The notes under the pieces are model-generated. The model saw only the letters and a program-made list of their open reading frames with translations. It did not search any database and was not told where the DNA came from. Source: a virus (Duplodnaviria; Caudoviricetes). From it: a stretch of DNA of 64,000 nt. The DNA is taken from positions 71,080-135,079 of the IMG/VR virus record IMGVR_UViG_3300025912_000012; one strand, given 5' to 3'. Of this stretch, positions 1-8,195 are shown in pieces. The position numbers and the translations under genes were made by a program. Each line of letters opens with the position of its first letter. The stretch's first letter is position 1.

Positions 1-2
1 GG

Positions 3-152
3 TGCTGGGCGTATCCAGGAAAACCATGCGTCACAGTCTCCGGGGTGATCCGCAGGCATCCGCATAAGAGGAGGATCATCCGCGCAGAGCGCAGGGGAGT
101 CCTCGGGGGGGTGGGGAGAGTACTGATGGAAAACTGGAAGAGAAACGCATGA
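3..152 (+). CDS. partial small Zn-finger-like protein (5' truncated by window)
   Basis: Hand translation CWAYPGKPC...HPHKRR; TGA overlaps the next ATG. Confidence 0.5.
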   Translation, partial: CWAYPGKPCVTVSGVIRRHPHKRRIIRAERRGVLGGVGRVLMENWKRNA

Positions 153-307
153 CAACGGTATACAGGTGTCCTCGCGGCGGGTTTCACAAGTTCGCGAAGA
201 AGAAAGTGATCGCTATCACCTGGGTTCACAAGGTTCCGTGGATTACCAGGAAGGTTAAGTGCACGAAATGTGGCGGGCTTTTCCCTAAAGGAATCACCGC
301 ACCATAA
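149..307 (+). CDS. 52-aa Cys/His Zn-binding microprotein
   Basis: MTTVYRCPRGGFH...KCTKCGG; ATGA coupling with the upstream ORF. Confidence 0.6.
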   Translation: MTTVYRCPRGGFHKFAKKKVIAITWVHKVPWITRKVKCTKCGGLFPKGITAP

Positions 308-312
308 TACAT

Positions 313-384
313 GGTCCCATCGTCTATGGGTTAGGATCCGAGGTTTTCACCCTCGGGGACGGAGTTCGAATCTCCGTGGGATCA
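313..384 (+). tRNA. tRNA-Glu(TTC)
   Basis: Cloverleaf; anticodon arm CCGAGG-TTTTCAC-CCTCGG; TTCGAAT T-loop. Confidence 0.92.
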
Positions 385-385
385 C

Positions 386-457
386 GCCGACATGGTGAAC
401 TGGCTATCACGCGTCTCTCATAAGGACGAGTATCTCGGTCGATACGAGATGTCGGTA
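386..457 (+). tRNA. tRNA-Met/Ile2(CAT) with atypical T-loop
   Basis: Anticodon arm CGTCT-CTCATAA-GGACG; T-loop GTCGATA. Confidence 0.8.
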
Positions 458-474
458 CGCAGGAAGGAAGGATC

Positions 475-693
475 ATGAAGCAGCACATCTGGTGTCTCGT
501 TGACCGGTTCACGAAGCTGACAGACGAGATGAACGAGCTGAAAGAGCAGACCCGGGAGCTGTCCTCGGAGAGGGATCAGGTTGCCCTGGAGATGACCCTC
601 ACGGGACTGCACCTGCGGGAACTGGGGAAGATGTGCGGAGTGAGTGCCCCGCTGATCTGCCGCCTGGCACAGAAAGCCAGGAATAAGATTTGA
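475..693 (+). CDS. small coiled-coil/HTH protein
   Basis: SD-like AAGGA; C-terminal LRELGKMCGVSAPLICRL resembles an HTH. Confidence 0.65.
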   Translation: MKQHIWCLVDRFTKLTDEMNELKEQTRELSSERDQVALEMTLTGLHLRELGKMCGVSAPLICRLAQKARNKI

Positions 694-729
694 CACCGGC
701 TGCTGCTGGGTGTAGGGTTTAAACATCGA

Positions 730-803
730 CGCGGGTTGGAGAAGCTAGGTATCTCGCTGGGCTCATAACCCAGAGGACCCCGGTTCGAATCCGGGACCCG
801 CTA
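730..803 (+). tRNA. initiator tRNA-fMet(CAT)
   Basis: C1 mismatched; three G-C pairs in anticodon stem (CTGGG-CTCATAA-CCCAG). Confidence 0.92.
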
Positions 804-840
804 CTGGACCTGGGGTATGTCTGTAAACTGCCCCGAACTT

Positions 841-913
841 TGGCCTCTAGCTTAACTGGCAGAGTCACTCCCTGTTAAGGAGTTCGGTCCCGGTTCGAAT
901 CCGGGGGGGTCAG
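841..913 (+). tRNA. tRNA-Asn(GTT)
   Basis: ACTCC-CTGTTAA-GGAGT; canonical T-arm. Confidence 0.92.
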
Positions 914-954
914 CGGATCGGGGTATATGGTTCCGCCCTGCCCCGGTCACCAAT

Positions 955-1026
955 GGTCCTATAGTGAAGCGGACATCACATCGCCCCGTCAAGGCGATAG
1001 CCCGGGTTCAACTCCCGGTAGGATCG
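955..1026 (+). tRNA. tRNA-Asp(GTC), C33
   Basis: TCGCC-CCGTCAA-GGCGA; T-arm GGTTCAACTCC. Confidence 0.9.
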
Positions 1027-1160
1027 CTGGGGGAACAGTGTGGCACTGGTTAAAAAAGTACTCGTATTGTGTAGTTGCCACTGTCCCTACTGTCTCCCCA
1101 GAGGCGGAACGCATTGCGGTGTCAGCAGTAACGGATGTCCCGTAAGATGAAGGAACTGAA

Positions 1161-1349
1161 ATGATGCTTGCAGACAAACTGAACTCACCTGCCCTCACGG
1201 CTGTCGGGTTTTCTCTTACGGTAATTGCCTCAGCTTGTGTCGTGATTGCCTCAGCGCGGCTATTCGGGCTGCGGGGACTGCTAGTCTCCAGTGGCTTGCT
1301 GGCAATCGTAGCGCTTATCATGGGTATTATAGTTGCAGGACACAACTGA
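1161..1349 (+). CDS. small membrane protein (2 TM)
   Basis: SD-like AAGGA; two hydrophobic segments. Confidence 0.6.
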   Translation: MMLADKLNSPALTAVGFSLTVIASACVVIASARLFGLRGLLVSSGLLAIVALIMGIIVAGHN

Positions 1350-1354
1350 ATTCC

Positions 1355-1425
1355 GGGTGACTAGCTCAATGGGAGAGCACTGGCTCGACAAGCCAGGGAT
1401 AGGGGTTCAATTCCCTTGTCGCCTA
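1355..1425 (+). tRNA. tRNA-Val(GAC), C33
   Basis: CTGGC-TCGACAA-GCCAG. Confidence 0.9.
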
Positions 1426-1426
1426 C

Positions 1427-1508
1427 GGGGATGAGAAGGGTTCGACTAGCCTTAAAGCCGGTGATGCCGGAACTGGCTAGGACTCCGGTTCGACACCGGG
1501 CATCTCCA
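1427..1508 (+). ncRNA. tmRNA tRNA-like-domain-only RNA (mini-tmRNA)
   Basis: 5' GGGGATGA..GGTTCGAC; 3' GGAC-T-arm-CATCTCCA; G3.U70 and A73; stemless D-loop; short capped helix in place of the mRNA domain. Confidence 0.75.
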
Positions 1509-1561
1509 CGGGTCCGGGGGTTAGCTTCAAAGGATTTTGTGGTTAGGTTCTGGACTTTCAT

Positions 1562-1634
1562 GCACCCGTCGTCTAAAGGACTAGGATAACGGCCTACGAA
1601 GCCGTTGATGGAGGTTCGATTCCTCTCGGGTGTG
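1562..1634 (+). tRNA. tRNA-Arg(ACG)
   Basis: ACGGC-CTACGAA-GCCGT. Confidence 0.92.
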
Positions 1635-1653
1635 CGCAAGGAAAGGAAAAGAA

Positions 1654-1851
1654 ATGATAGCGGTACTGATAACTGCGGTAGCATTCTGCGGTACCTTGTA
1701 TGCGACAGTCCATCCTGGTCCGCTGCACGGGTTTTTTCACCCCGCGCACTATTCCACAGGGAATGCCATAGCACAGGTCAGCTACGCGCTGATCATCGGG
1801 GCGATTGCTTACATGATTGACAGGAGATTCTCGCGGAGGCGAAGAAGATAA
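1654..1851 (+). CDS. small membrane protein
   Basis: Two hydrophobic segments; basic C-terminus RRRRR. Confidence 0.6.
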   Translation: MIAVLITAVAFCGTLYATVHPGPLHGFFHPAHYSTGNAIAQVSYALIIGAIAYMIDRRFSRRRRR

Positions 1852-1854
1852 TAC

Positions 1855-1926
1855 GGTCGATTAGCTCAGCGGCAGAGCAGCGCCCCTACAAGGCGCGGCG
1901 CGGGGGTTCGAGTCCCTCATCGACTA
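1855..1926 (+). tRNA. tRNA-Val(TAC), C33
   Basis: GCGCC-CCTACAA-GGCGC. Confidence 0.9.
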
Positions 1927-1984
1927 CGAAAGTCCTGGTTAACTTACATATCACGTGTTCGCTTGCACTCCAGGGCTTTCTCAT

Positions 1985-2057
1985 GGCGGGTATAGCACAA
2001 TGGTAGTGCGCTGGACTGTGAATCCGGTTATCCGAGTTCAATTCTCGGTATTCGCCC
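1985..2057 (+). tRNA. tRNA-His(GTG)
   Basis: G-1/C73; CTGGA-CTGTGAA-TCCGG. Confidence 0.92.
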
Positions 2058-2072
2058 GAGTAAGGGGGAGTT

Positions 2073-2201
2073 GTGAGGATTCTAGGGAGACGCAGGGAAC
2101 AAAAGTGTTCCCTTTGCAGGATAAGGCGTCGCATTAAAGGTGCGACTATTTGTTCTGTATGCTACAATAAGTCGGTCGGGACTTCGGTTAGGAGCAAGTA
2201 A
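2073..2201 (+). CDS. 42-aa basic CxxC...CxxC microprotein
   Basis: SD GGGGAG; MRILGRRREQKCSLCRIRRRIKGATICSVCYNK... Confidence 0.6.
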   Translation: MRILGRRREQKCSLCRIRRRIKGATICSVCYNKSVGTSVRSK

Positions 2202-2242
2202 TGCATCGATATTATCCGGGTCAGTACACCTCGCGCTGACTC

Positions 2243-2322
2243 GCCGGATCTTGCACTGGGATGCTCGATTGCCTGTAAAGCAATTGCCTCTGGCTAGACA
2301 AGTTCGATTCTTGTATCCGGTA
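2243..2322 (+). tRNA. tRNA-Tyr(GTA)
   Basis: ATTGC-CTGTAAA-GCAAT; long variable arm. Confidence 0.85.
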
Positions 2323-2323
2323 C

Positions 2324-2479
2324 GTGGGTAAAGTCCTCAGTTTTCCGCCAAGATGCCCGAAATGCAAGGCTCCCCCGCGAAGAGCAATAGGGAGTCAGAG
2401 CACCGGGCTGATCATCTATACTTGCTCGGGCAAGGATAGGCATAAATGGAATAAGACGTTCACCAACCTAACCAGATAG
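2324..2479 (+). CDS. 51-aa Zn-ribbon-like microprotein
   Basis: CPKC...YTCSGKDRHKW. Confidence 0.5.
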   Translation: MGKVLSFPPRCPKCKAPPRRAIGSQSTGLIIYTCSGKDRHKWNKTFTNLTR

Positions 2480-2484
2480 CTGTC

Positions 2485-2604
2485 ATGAAGACTTATTTTC
2501 CGAAGGAAATGATCCACGTGCGACGCGACGGGATGACCTTCTGCGTGATCTGCCAGTACCTGTGTGTACGCGGTCAGCGCTGTAACTGTTGCAGGCGTAC
2601 CTGA
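2485..2604 (+). CDS. 39-aa Cys-rich microprotein
   Basis: FCVICQYLCVRGQRCNCC; TGATG coupling to the next ORF. Confidence 0.5.
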   Translation: MKTYFPKEMIHVRRDGMTFCVICQYLCVRGQRCNCCRRT

Positions 2605-2741
2605 TGAAAATATGGATGTGGATTAACACAGTGATAATACTGTCCTCACTTCCGCTGATAGCGGTCAGCGAGAATGCGGCAGCTGCCGCACTTATCGCCG
2701 GGGCGGTATCGACTGCCGTCAGGATGACAGTCCAGCGCTGA
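2604..2741 (+). CDS. 45-aa membrane microprotein
   Basis: MKIWMWINTVIILSSLPLIAV...; coupled start. Confidence 0.5.
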   Translation: MKIWMWINTVIILSSLPLIAVSENAAAAALIAGAVSTAVRMTVQR

Positions 2742-2745
2742 AAAT

Positions 2746-2817
2746 GCCCCCGGTGACGGACTCGCCTCGGAGCTTCCGAAGCTTTGATGTCTGGTTCGAC
2801 TCCAGACGGGGGTACCA
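2746..2817 (+). tRNA. tRNA-Arg(CCG), degenerate D-arm, encoded CCA
   Basis: GGAGC-TTCCGAA-GCTTT; T-arm TCTGG-TTCGACT-CCAGA. Confidence 0.75.
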
Positions 2818-2818
2818 T

Positions 2819-2890
2819 GGCTCGCATCTCACTGGTGTGGGAGAATGGCTGCAACCCATTCGTTGACGAGTTCGATTCTCGTGCGGGTCT
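2819..2890 (+). tRNA. tRNA-Cys(GCA)
   Basis: AATGG-CTGCAAC-CCATT; U73. Confidence 0.85.
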
Positions 2891-2906
2891 CGGAGGAGGA
2901 ACAGAA

Positions 2907-3116
2907 ATGATACTGGCAGCACAGACAGCACCGCTCGATACGTTTGATTATGTTGCCGCAACCGTCTTGTTCTGTCTCGGATGCGTCGGGCTACTGATCT
3001 GTTTCCTTTCGGAGGGATTCCGGAAGAAGCTGGGACTGGGCATTCCCGGGGGGAGTATCACGTTCGTCCTCGGGTGCCTGACCCTCCTCGGGTTGTGTGT
3101 CTTCCTTCTCCGCTAG
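2907..3116 (+). CDS. small membrane protein
   Basis: SD GGAGG; two TM segments. Confidence 0.65.
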   Translation: MILAAQTAPLDTFDYVAATVLFCLGCVGLLICFLSEGFRKKLGLGIPGGSITFVLGCLTLLGLCVFLLR

Positions 3117-3184
3117 CCCCCGATTGCGGATCTTTCACCGGGTTTCCTAAACCTGGCTGCCCGGTTCGACTCTGGGCGGGGGTG
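3116..3184 (+). tRNA. tRNA-Arg(CCT), degenerate D-arm
   Basis: CGGGT-TTCCTAA-ACCTG; T-arm CCCGG-TTCGACT-CTGGG. Confidence 0.75.
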
Positions 3185-3287
3185 CGTGAGCATAAATCCA
3201 CCGCGAATATGCCTCCGTTGCAAGGTTTATCCCGCGACAGATGGCAGTAAATATTGTCCGCGATGCAGGAAAGCAGGAGGATAAGGA

Positions 3288-3449
3288 ATGAGAAACCAGC
3301 CAGCCAGGAGAAAGACGGATTCAACCCGCAGGGTGAACGGAAAGCTCCAATGGCGCGTCTACGGGCTTGGATGGGTATCTACAAAAACGATGATAACTCT
3401 CGTTGTCATCACTGTCATCCTGATCGTGCTTATCTTCCTCGGTTTCTGA
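3288..3449 (+). CDS. small C-terminally anchored membrane protein
   Basis: SD AGGAGG; hydrophobic C-terminus; TGATG coupling. Confidence 0.55.
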   Translation: MRNQPARRKTDSTRRVNGKLQWRVYGLGWVSTKTMITLVVITVILIVLIFLGF

Positions 3450-4087
3450 TGGCGGAGGACGAAAAGAAAAAACTATCCCCGGTTACCCTCGCTGCCGGGG
3501 CAGGAGCATCCATCCTGTCCATGGTGATCGGGTCGTTTTTCAAGACAGCGGGGACTATCGCGGGGGCTGCTATCGCGTCCGTCACTTACAGCGTGGGTGC
3601 TTTCTGGTTTGAGGACAAGGCACGCAGAGCGCACGCGAGAGTGGTTGCCCGGAGGAATCAGGGGAAAACGCCAGCTCCCTACGAGCGGCTGGCAGACCTG
3701 CCCCTGGAGCGTTCCCTGATCCGTGCTGAGGCGTCGCACAGCATCACCCGGGACTGGGGGATAGGCAAGCGGGTACGTGTCTCTGCGGGCATCCTGGCGT
3801 TCTGCCTCGTGTCCGCGATCGTCACCTTGTTCGCGATAGAAGGTGTGACAGGGAAGACTCTTTCCTCGAACCTGGGGAACGGGACCCAGTACGGGACGAC
3901 ACTTGGCGGGTACAGCTCCCAGAAGCCTTCTCCCGTGTCGTCGCCCAGCACCCCCCCTAGCATCCTGCCTTCCCCTTCCAGTGCCCCTGCGGGCTCTGGA
4001 GCCCCGTCAGGAGTGACTCCTGACGCTTCCCCGACTCCTACCGCCCCCGGTAGTATTACCTACACGGGGATATCGTCAGGACAGTAG
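3449..4087 (+). CDS. membrane protein with Pro/Ser-rich tail
   Basis: Start placed at MAEDEKKK (coupled); 3 TM segments; PS/T-rich C-terminus. Confidence 0.75.
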   Translation: MAEDEKKKLSPVTLAAGAGASILSMVIGSFFKTAGTIAGAAIASVTYSVGAFWFEDKARRAHARVVARRNQGKTPAPYERLADLPLERSLIRAEASHSITRDWGIGKRVRVSAGILAFCLVSAIVTLFAIEGVTGKTLSSNLGNGTQYGTTLGGYSSQKPSPVSSPSTPPSILPSPSSAPAGSGAPSGVTPDASPTPTAPGSITYTGISSGQ

Positions 4088-4096
4088 GGGAGAAGC

Positions 4097-5110
4097 ATGA
4101 AAGTACTGGTCACCGGGAGCGCGGGATTCATCGGGGGATACCTCCTCGGGGAGCTGCTCCAGCGCGGGTACGAAGTCGTGGGGCTGGACAACTTTTCTAA
4201 ATACGGGAAGGTACGCAGATCCTACGACAATGACTATCAGCTGGTCGAAGGTGATGCGCGAGATCCCGAGACGGTGACCCGGCTGCTCCGCGATTGTGAC
4301 CATTTCATCGCGAACGCCGCGATGATAGGGGGAATCTCCTACTTCCACGCCTATCCCTACACCCTGCTGGCAGCCAACGAGCGGATCACCGCAGCTGCCT
4401 GCGATGCGGCGCTCAGCGCACGCAGGTACGGGAGGCTGAGGAAAGTCACGTTCATGTCATCCTCGATGGTGTACGAGAACGCCTCAGCGTATCCCTCATA
4501 TGAGGGGCAGCAGCTCCAGATCCCTCCCCCATCCTCAGCGTACGGATTCCAGAAGCTCGCGGTGGAATACTTCGCGAAAGCCGCCTGGGATCAGTACAAG
4601 CTTCCCTACACCCTCGTACGCCCGTTCAACTGCGTGGGCATCGGGGAATCCCAGGCTTTCCCGGAGAGGGATATTCTCCCTGGAAATACGCAGCTGGCAA
4701 CAAGTCATGTCGTTCCCGACCTGGTACAGAAAATCCTGAAAGGTCAGGATCCGCTGCACATCCTCGGGAGCGGGTCGCAGGTGCGGCATTACACTTACGG
4801 GGGGGACCTCGCGGAGGGGATCATCACCGCAATGGAACACCCTGACGCGGTGAACGAGGATTTCAACCTGTCCTCAAACCAGGGGACCACCGTACGTCAG
4901 CTCGCGGAAATGATCTGGCGGAAAATCAAAGGCGACACCCCGCTGAGGCTCATTCACGATATCCCGTTCGAGTATGATGTTCAGTGCCGCATCCCGGACG
5001 TGAGCAAGGCAGCAGGAATCCTCGGGTTCACCGCCAGCACTTCCCTTGATAAGATACTGGACGAGGTAATACCGTGGATTGACTCTGCGATCAGGTCAGG
5101 GGCGATATAA
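4097..5110 (+). CDS. NAD-dependent epimerase/dehydratase (extended SDR)
   Basis: TGSAGFIG; SSSMVY; YGFQK (YxxxK). Confidence 0.95.
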   Translation: MKVLVTGSAGFIGGYLLGELLQRGYEVVGLDNFSKYGKVRRSYDNDYQLVEGDARDPETVTRLLRDCDHFIANAAMIGGISYFHAYPYTLLAANERITAAACDAALSARRYGRLRKVTFMSSSMVYENASAYPSYEGQQLQIPPPSSAYGFQKLAVEYFAKAAWDQYKLPYTLVRPFNCVGIGESQAFPERDILPGNTQLATSHVVPDLVQKILKGQDPLHILGSGSQVRHYTYGGDLAEGIITAMEHPDAVNEDFNLSSNQGTTVRQLAEMIWRKIKGDTPLRLIHDIPFEYDVQCRIPDVSKAAGILGFTASTSLDKILDEVIPWIDSAIRSGAI

Positions 5111-5111
5111 G

Positions 5112-5573
5112 ATGGCTGACTGGGATGCTCGCTGGCTCGGGCTTGCACGGGAAATCGGGAGCTGGAGCAAGGACCGCAATACTAAAGTCGGGTGCGTGAT
5201 TATCGGGCTGGAATCCCGGCAGCTTCTCTCCGCTGGATATAACGGATTCCCCCGGGGAGTAGACGACAGCATTGAGGAACGGTACAGCGGTGAGGTGCGT
5301 GATGGGATCCGAGAGAAACTCCGGTGGACTGAACACGCTGAACGTAACGCGATCTACAACGCGGCACGTCACGGGGTCAGAGTCTGGGGTGCGGTCATGT
5401 ACGTCCCCCTTTTCCCTTGCTGCGACTGCGCTCGTGCTATTATCCAGGCGGGACTGAAAGCGGTAGTGACCTGCGATAAGCCTGACCTTGTTCACCCGGT
5501 CTGGGGAAGCTCATGGGAGGTGTCCCAGATCATGATGCAGGAATCCGGGGTCAGGATTTTCTACACGTCCTGA
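5112..5573 (+). CDS. dCMP deaminase
   Basis: GYNGFP; HAERNAI; PCCDC. Confidence 0.93.
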   Translation: MADWDARWLGLAREIGSWSKDRNTKVGCVIIGLESRQLLSAGYNGFPRGVDDSIEERYSGEVRDGIREKLRWTEHAERNAIYNAARHGVRVWGAVMYVPLFPCCDCARAIIQAGLKAVVTCDKPDLVHPVWGSSWEVSQIMMQESGVRIFYTS

Positions 5574-5932
5574 GAGATGATCCTGCTCTTGACCGTCTCG
5601 TAAAGCATTCCCTGCACGTTGAACAGGACAGCGCACAGGACTTCCTCCAGGTCGCTTTCCCCGGCTTGCTGGCTGGAACCTTCCAGGATCAGCCTGAGAT
5701 CCTGGATATGCCTGGACAGGGAATGCTTGTATACCTCCATGGGTATCCCCTGCTTCCAGTTGTCGCTGTCACGCATCTTCCCGTCGCTCTGCTGGCGATG
5801 CTTGTGCATGTACTCGCAGAACCGCTTCTCCACCAGGGCGCTGGTGAAATTCCACGGCTCGTGCTTGCCCTCGGTGGTGTCCCGGGTTGCCCCGGTGGAA
5901 AACGTGCGCAGCTCAGACATGGGAATGATCAT
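5561..5932 (-). CDS. dATP/dGTP diphosphohydrolase-like protein (DUF5664-like)
   Basis: FSTGATRD..GK; NWKQGIP; SLSRH motifs. Confidence 0.7.
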   Translation of the reverse strand: MIIPMSELRTFSTGATRDTTEGKHEPWNFTSALVEKRFCEYMHKHRQQSDGKMRDSDNWKQGIPMEVYKHSLSRHIQDLRLILEGSSQQAGESDLEEVLCAVLFNVQGMLYETVKSRIISQDV

Positions 5933-6041
5933 ACCAGCTTCGCGATGATCAGGATCAGCGCGATTGCGAGGAGCACCAGGACAGGGTATTTGACGCACTC
6001 CCAGAAAAACTTGAGATTCACCGTATTCCTCCTGGAATAGT

Positions 6042-6079
6042 AAAAGCAGCCCCTGTCAGCCTCTCGTCCTGACAGGGGC
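6042..6079 (-). terminator. intrinsic terminator after lysis genes
   Basis: GCCCCTGTCAG/CTGACAGGGGC stem followed by a T run on the - strand. Confidence 0.6.
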
Positions 6080-6093
6080 ATGCTCACGCCTGA

Positions 6094-6270
6094 TTATACG
6101 ACAGGCGGCTTCGAGTTGGGGACCGCGTAGATGCCAAGAGCTGCCGCTGCGGCAACTGCAGCGGAAACCCAGTGGTTCGTCCCGTAATACAAGGTCGCGA
6201 ACGTCAGTGCCTGACCCGCGATCCCGGTGAGGAACTTCGAGTACTGCCCGAGGTTCTTCAGCTTGCTCAT
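6094..6270 (-). CDS. holin
   Basis: 58 aa; 2 TM; C-terminal YAVPN motif; follows the endolysin. Confidence 0.7.
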   Translation of the reverse strand: MSKLKNLGQYSKFLTGIAGQALTFATLYYGTNHWVSAAVAAAAALGIYAVPNSKPPVV

Positions 6271-6271
6271 A

Positions 6272-7039
6272 TTATCCTCCGACGATTTTCTCCCAGGTCT
6301 GCACACCGCAGATCCCGTCTTCTGTGAGGTTGTACTGCCGCTGGAGCAGTTTCACCGCGTTCGCGGTTTCCGGACCATACTCCCCGTCCACGCTGCACTT
6401 GTACCCGTAGATGTAGTTCACGATCGCCTGGACTCTCCGCACATACCAGTGCGGGAGGTTCGTATCGGAAACCCCCTGCTGCAATACGGGAAGCAGCCTG
6501 GTCACTGAGGAATATGTCACTGGTATCACGGTCCCTCCGGTAGAATCTGTCGTTCCTGCGCCCCCGAAAAAGTCATCATGTAGCAATGACTGATCCAGGG
6601 AGATTCCCCGGGCGACATCAGTCCACTGCGTCCCGTCCATCGCGGAGTTCACCAGCTTGCACGTGGACGGTCCGCAGATGTGCTCCCCGTGCCCGTAGTG
6701 GGCACTCCAGAGCCTCACGGAGTTCCGCTGGATTCCCGCCTTAGCCAGGATGGTCAGCACCCCGTTCATCGTGCTCACGCTCGCGTACAGGCACGGGCGG
6801 GGGGCTTTCTGCCGCTTAACCCACGCGGGAGCCTGCGCGGGGGTGGCGTCCCCGGGTTCCACATCGAGGCAGTCCGCGTCATCGTGCGCGAACACCGCGA
6901 TGGACAGCAGGTTCGCGTGGGGAAACTTTGCCTTCAGCTTCGGGTACGTAGCCCAGTGCCCGTCCACATACCCTGCATATGCAAAGTTACCTGCGGGGAG
7001 TGTGCTGACATCGATTGAGTCAAACATGGTGATGGTCAT
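6272..7039 (-). CDS. endolysin (GH25-like muramidase + peptidoglycan-binding domain)
   Basis: LDVEPGD; WSAHY; QWT; C-terminal DGEYGPET..VKLLQ..EDGICGVQTW. Confidence 0.85.
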   Translation of the reverse strand: MTITMFDSIDVSTLPAGNFAYAGYVDGHWATYPKLKAKFPHANLLSIAVFAHDDADCLDVEPGDATPAQAPAWVKRQKAPRPCLYASVSTMNGVLTILAKAGIQRNSVRLWSAHYGHGEHICGPSTCKLVNSAMDGTQWTDVARGISLDQSLLHDDFFGGAGTTDSTGGTVIPVTYSSVTRLLPVLQQGVSDTNLPHWYVRRVQAIVNYIYGYKCSVDGEYGPETANAVKLLQRQYNLTEDGICGVQTWEKIVGG

Positions 7040-7242
7040 GAACCCTCCTCATTTCCTGAGGGTAGATCATCCCCAGAAGCTTGTCCAGTACTAGCGGTAA
7101 TGTGTTCTTTCAGTTCCTCGTGCTTTGCGGTGATATGCTTTTTCAGGGAGAAATGGTGCCAGATGAACAGCGCTATCGTCCACACAGAGATCGCGAACAC
7201 GTTAGGCCACAGCTGAGCCCAGTCTTCAGCAATGAGATGCAC
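7036..7242 (-). CDS. small membrane protein (lysis cluster)
   Basis: One TM; overlaps the endolysin start. Confidence 0.6.
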   Translation of the reverse strand: MHLIAEDWAQLWPNVFAISVWTIALFIWHHFSLKKHITAKHEELKEHITASTGQASGDDLPSGNEEGS

Positions 7243-7471
7243 GGTAACCCTCGCACCAGTTGTCGTAGCATTCAGTGCACATCGCGGCAGTTTTTATCTC
7301 CAGCCACCGACCGCACTCTTTGCAGTAGTCTTCTCTCACGGGGTTTCACCTGGCAGTCGCAGTCCTTTTGCTTGCATTTATCATGCCACATGCGTATCCC
7401 TGCTGAGAAGTCTTTCTCCAGCAGCGAGGCTTCCTCTGTCAGGTATTCCGCGATCTCACAAGGACGGCAGA

Positions 7472-7633
7472 CTACCCTCGACGCCACGGGGTATGATCCC
7501 AGCCTTCGCTGATGCACCACAGCAGCAGTCCGAGGATGAGCAGCAGCATCGAGTCGATCCGGTCGTGATGCAGGTTCCATGCGTAGAAAACGAACGAGAA
7601 TGCGAGACTTATTATCGCGAGCAAGCGAACCAT
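7472..7633 (-). CDS. small membrane protein
   Basis: 2 TM; TAATG coupling. Confidence 0.6.
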   Translation of the reverse strand: MVRLLAIISLAFSFVFYAWNLHHDRIDSMLLLILGLLLWCISEGWDHTPWRRG

Positions 7634-7974
7634 TATGACTCCTCTGTAGATGATTCTTCTTTCCTGGAATCCTTGTGAATCTGAATCCACCTGATCGAAC
7701 GCCACACCATTCCCCCTGCGATCAGGATGAAAATCCCGATGTCAACCCATGCCGCGATGTATGATGTCAGCCGGTTGAACGACCAGAACAGGGAGATCGT
7801 GGAAGGAATGAACGCCATCCCCAGGAGAACGTCAAGGAATACGATGCTCCTCCCGATGACATTCTCCCACCAGGGGGCAAGCCTCGTGTAGATCGCGATG
7901 AACGCGAGGATCGAGGCAATGTTCGTGAGCAGCACGATCTTGTAGAGAAGGATGATTAGCTGGTCCTGTGTCAT
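7633..7974 (-). CDS. 3-TM holin-like protein
   Basis: Three TM segments; PWW...GRS motif; lysis context. Confidence 0.65.
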   Translation of the reverse strand: MTQDQLIILLYKIVLLTNIASILAFIAIYTRLAPWWENVIGRSIVFLDVLLGMAFIPSTISLFWSFNRLTSYIAAWVDIGIFILIAGGMVWRSIRWIQIHKDSRKEESSTEES

Positions 7975-8195
7975 GCTGGTGTCCTATTGTGATGATGCCC
8001 GTTGACGAGCGTTGCCCGCAGCAGCTCCGCGAACTGATTATGTTCTGCCGCTTTCTTCAGCGGCGCGACAATCTGAGAGCGGATTTCCTCATGTCGCTCA
8101 GCGGAATACTGGGCTTCCTGCTCAGCACTTTCCGCACGTTCTTTCGCGGCGGCTACCCGCTCATCAAGTTCCGCTATACGTCTCCGCCATCTCAC
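7971..8195 (-). CDS. small coiled-coil protein (lysis cluster)
   Basis: Coupled ORF; EHNQFAELL. Confidence 0.65.
   Translation of the reverse strand: MRWRRRIAELDERVAAAKERAESAEQEAQYSAERHEEIRSQIVAPLKKAAEHNQFAELLRATLVNGHHHNRTPA

Noticed and set aside
1427-1508. Ordinary tRNA-Ala
   Set aside because: No D-stem and no 7-nt anticodon loop; the ends match tmRNA instead.
324-3324. Track ORFs overlapping tRNAs (e.g. 927-1145, 1361-1774, 1886-2134, 2483-2854)
   Set aside because: They overlap well-formed tRNA genes or better-supported microproteins.
5561-5932. 2-aminoadenine (Z) genome pathway
   Set aside because: Only the diphosphohydrolase-like gene is present; no purZ in the window.
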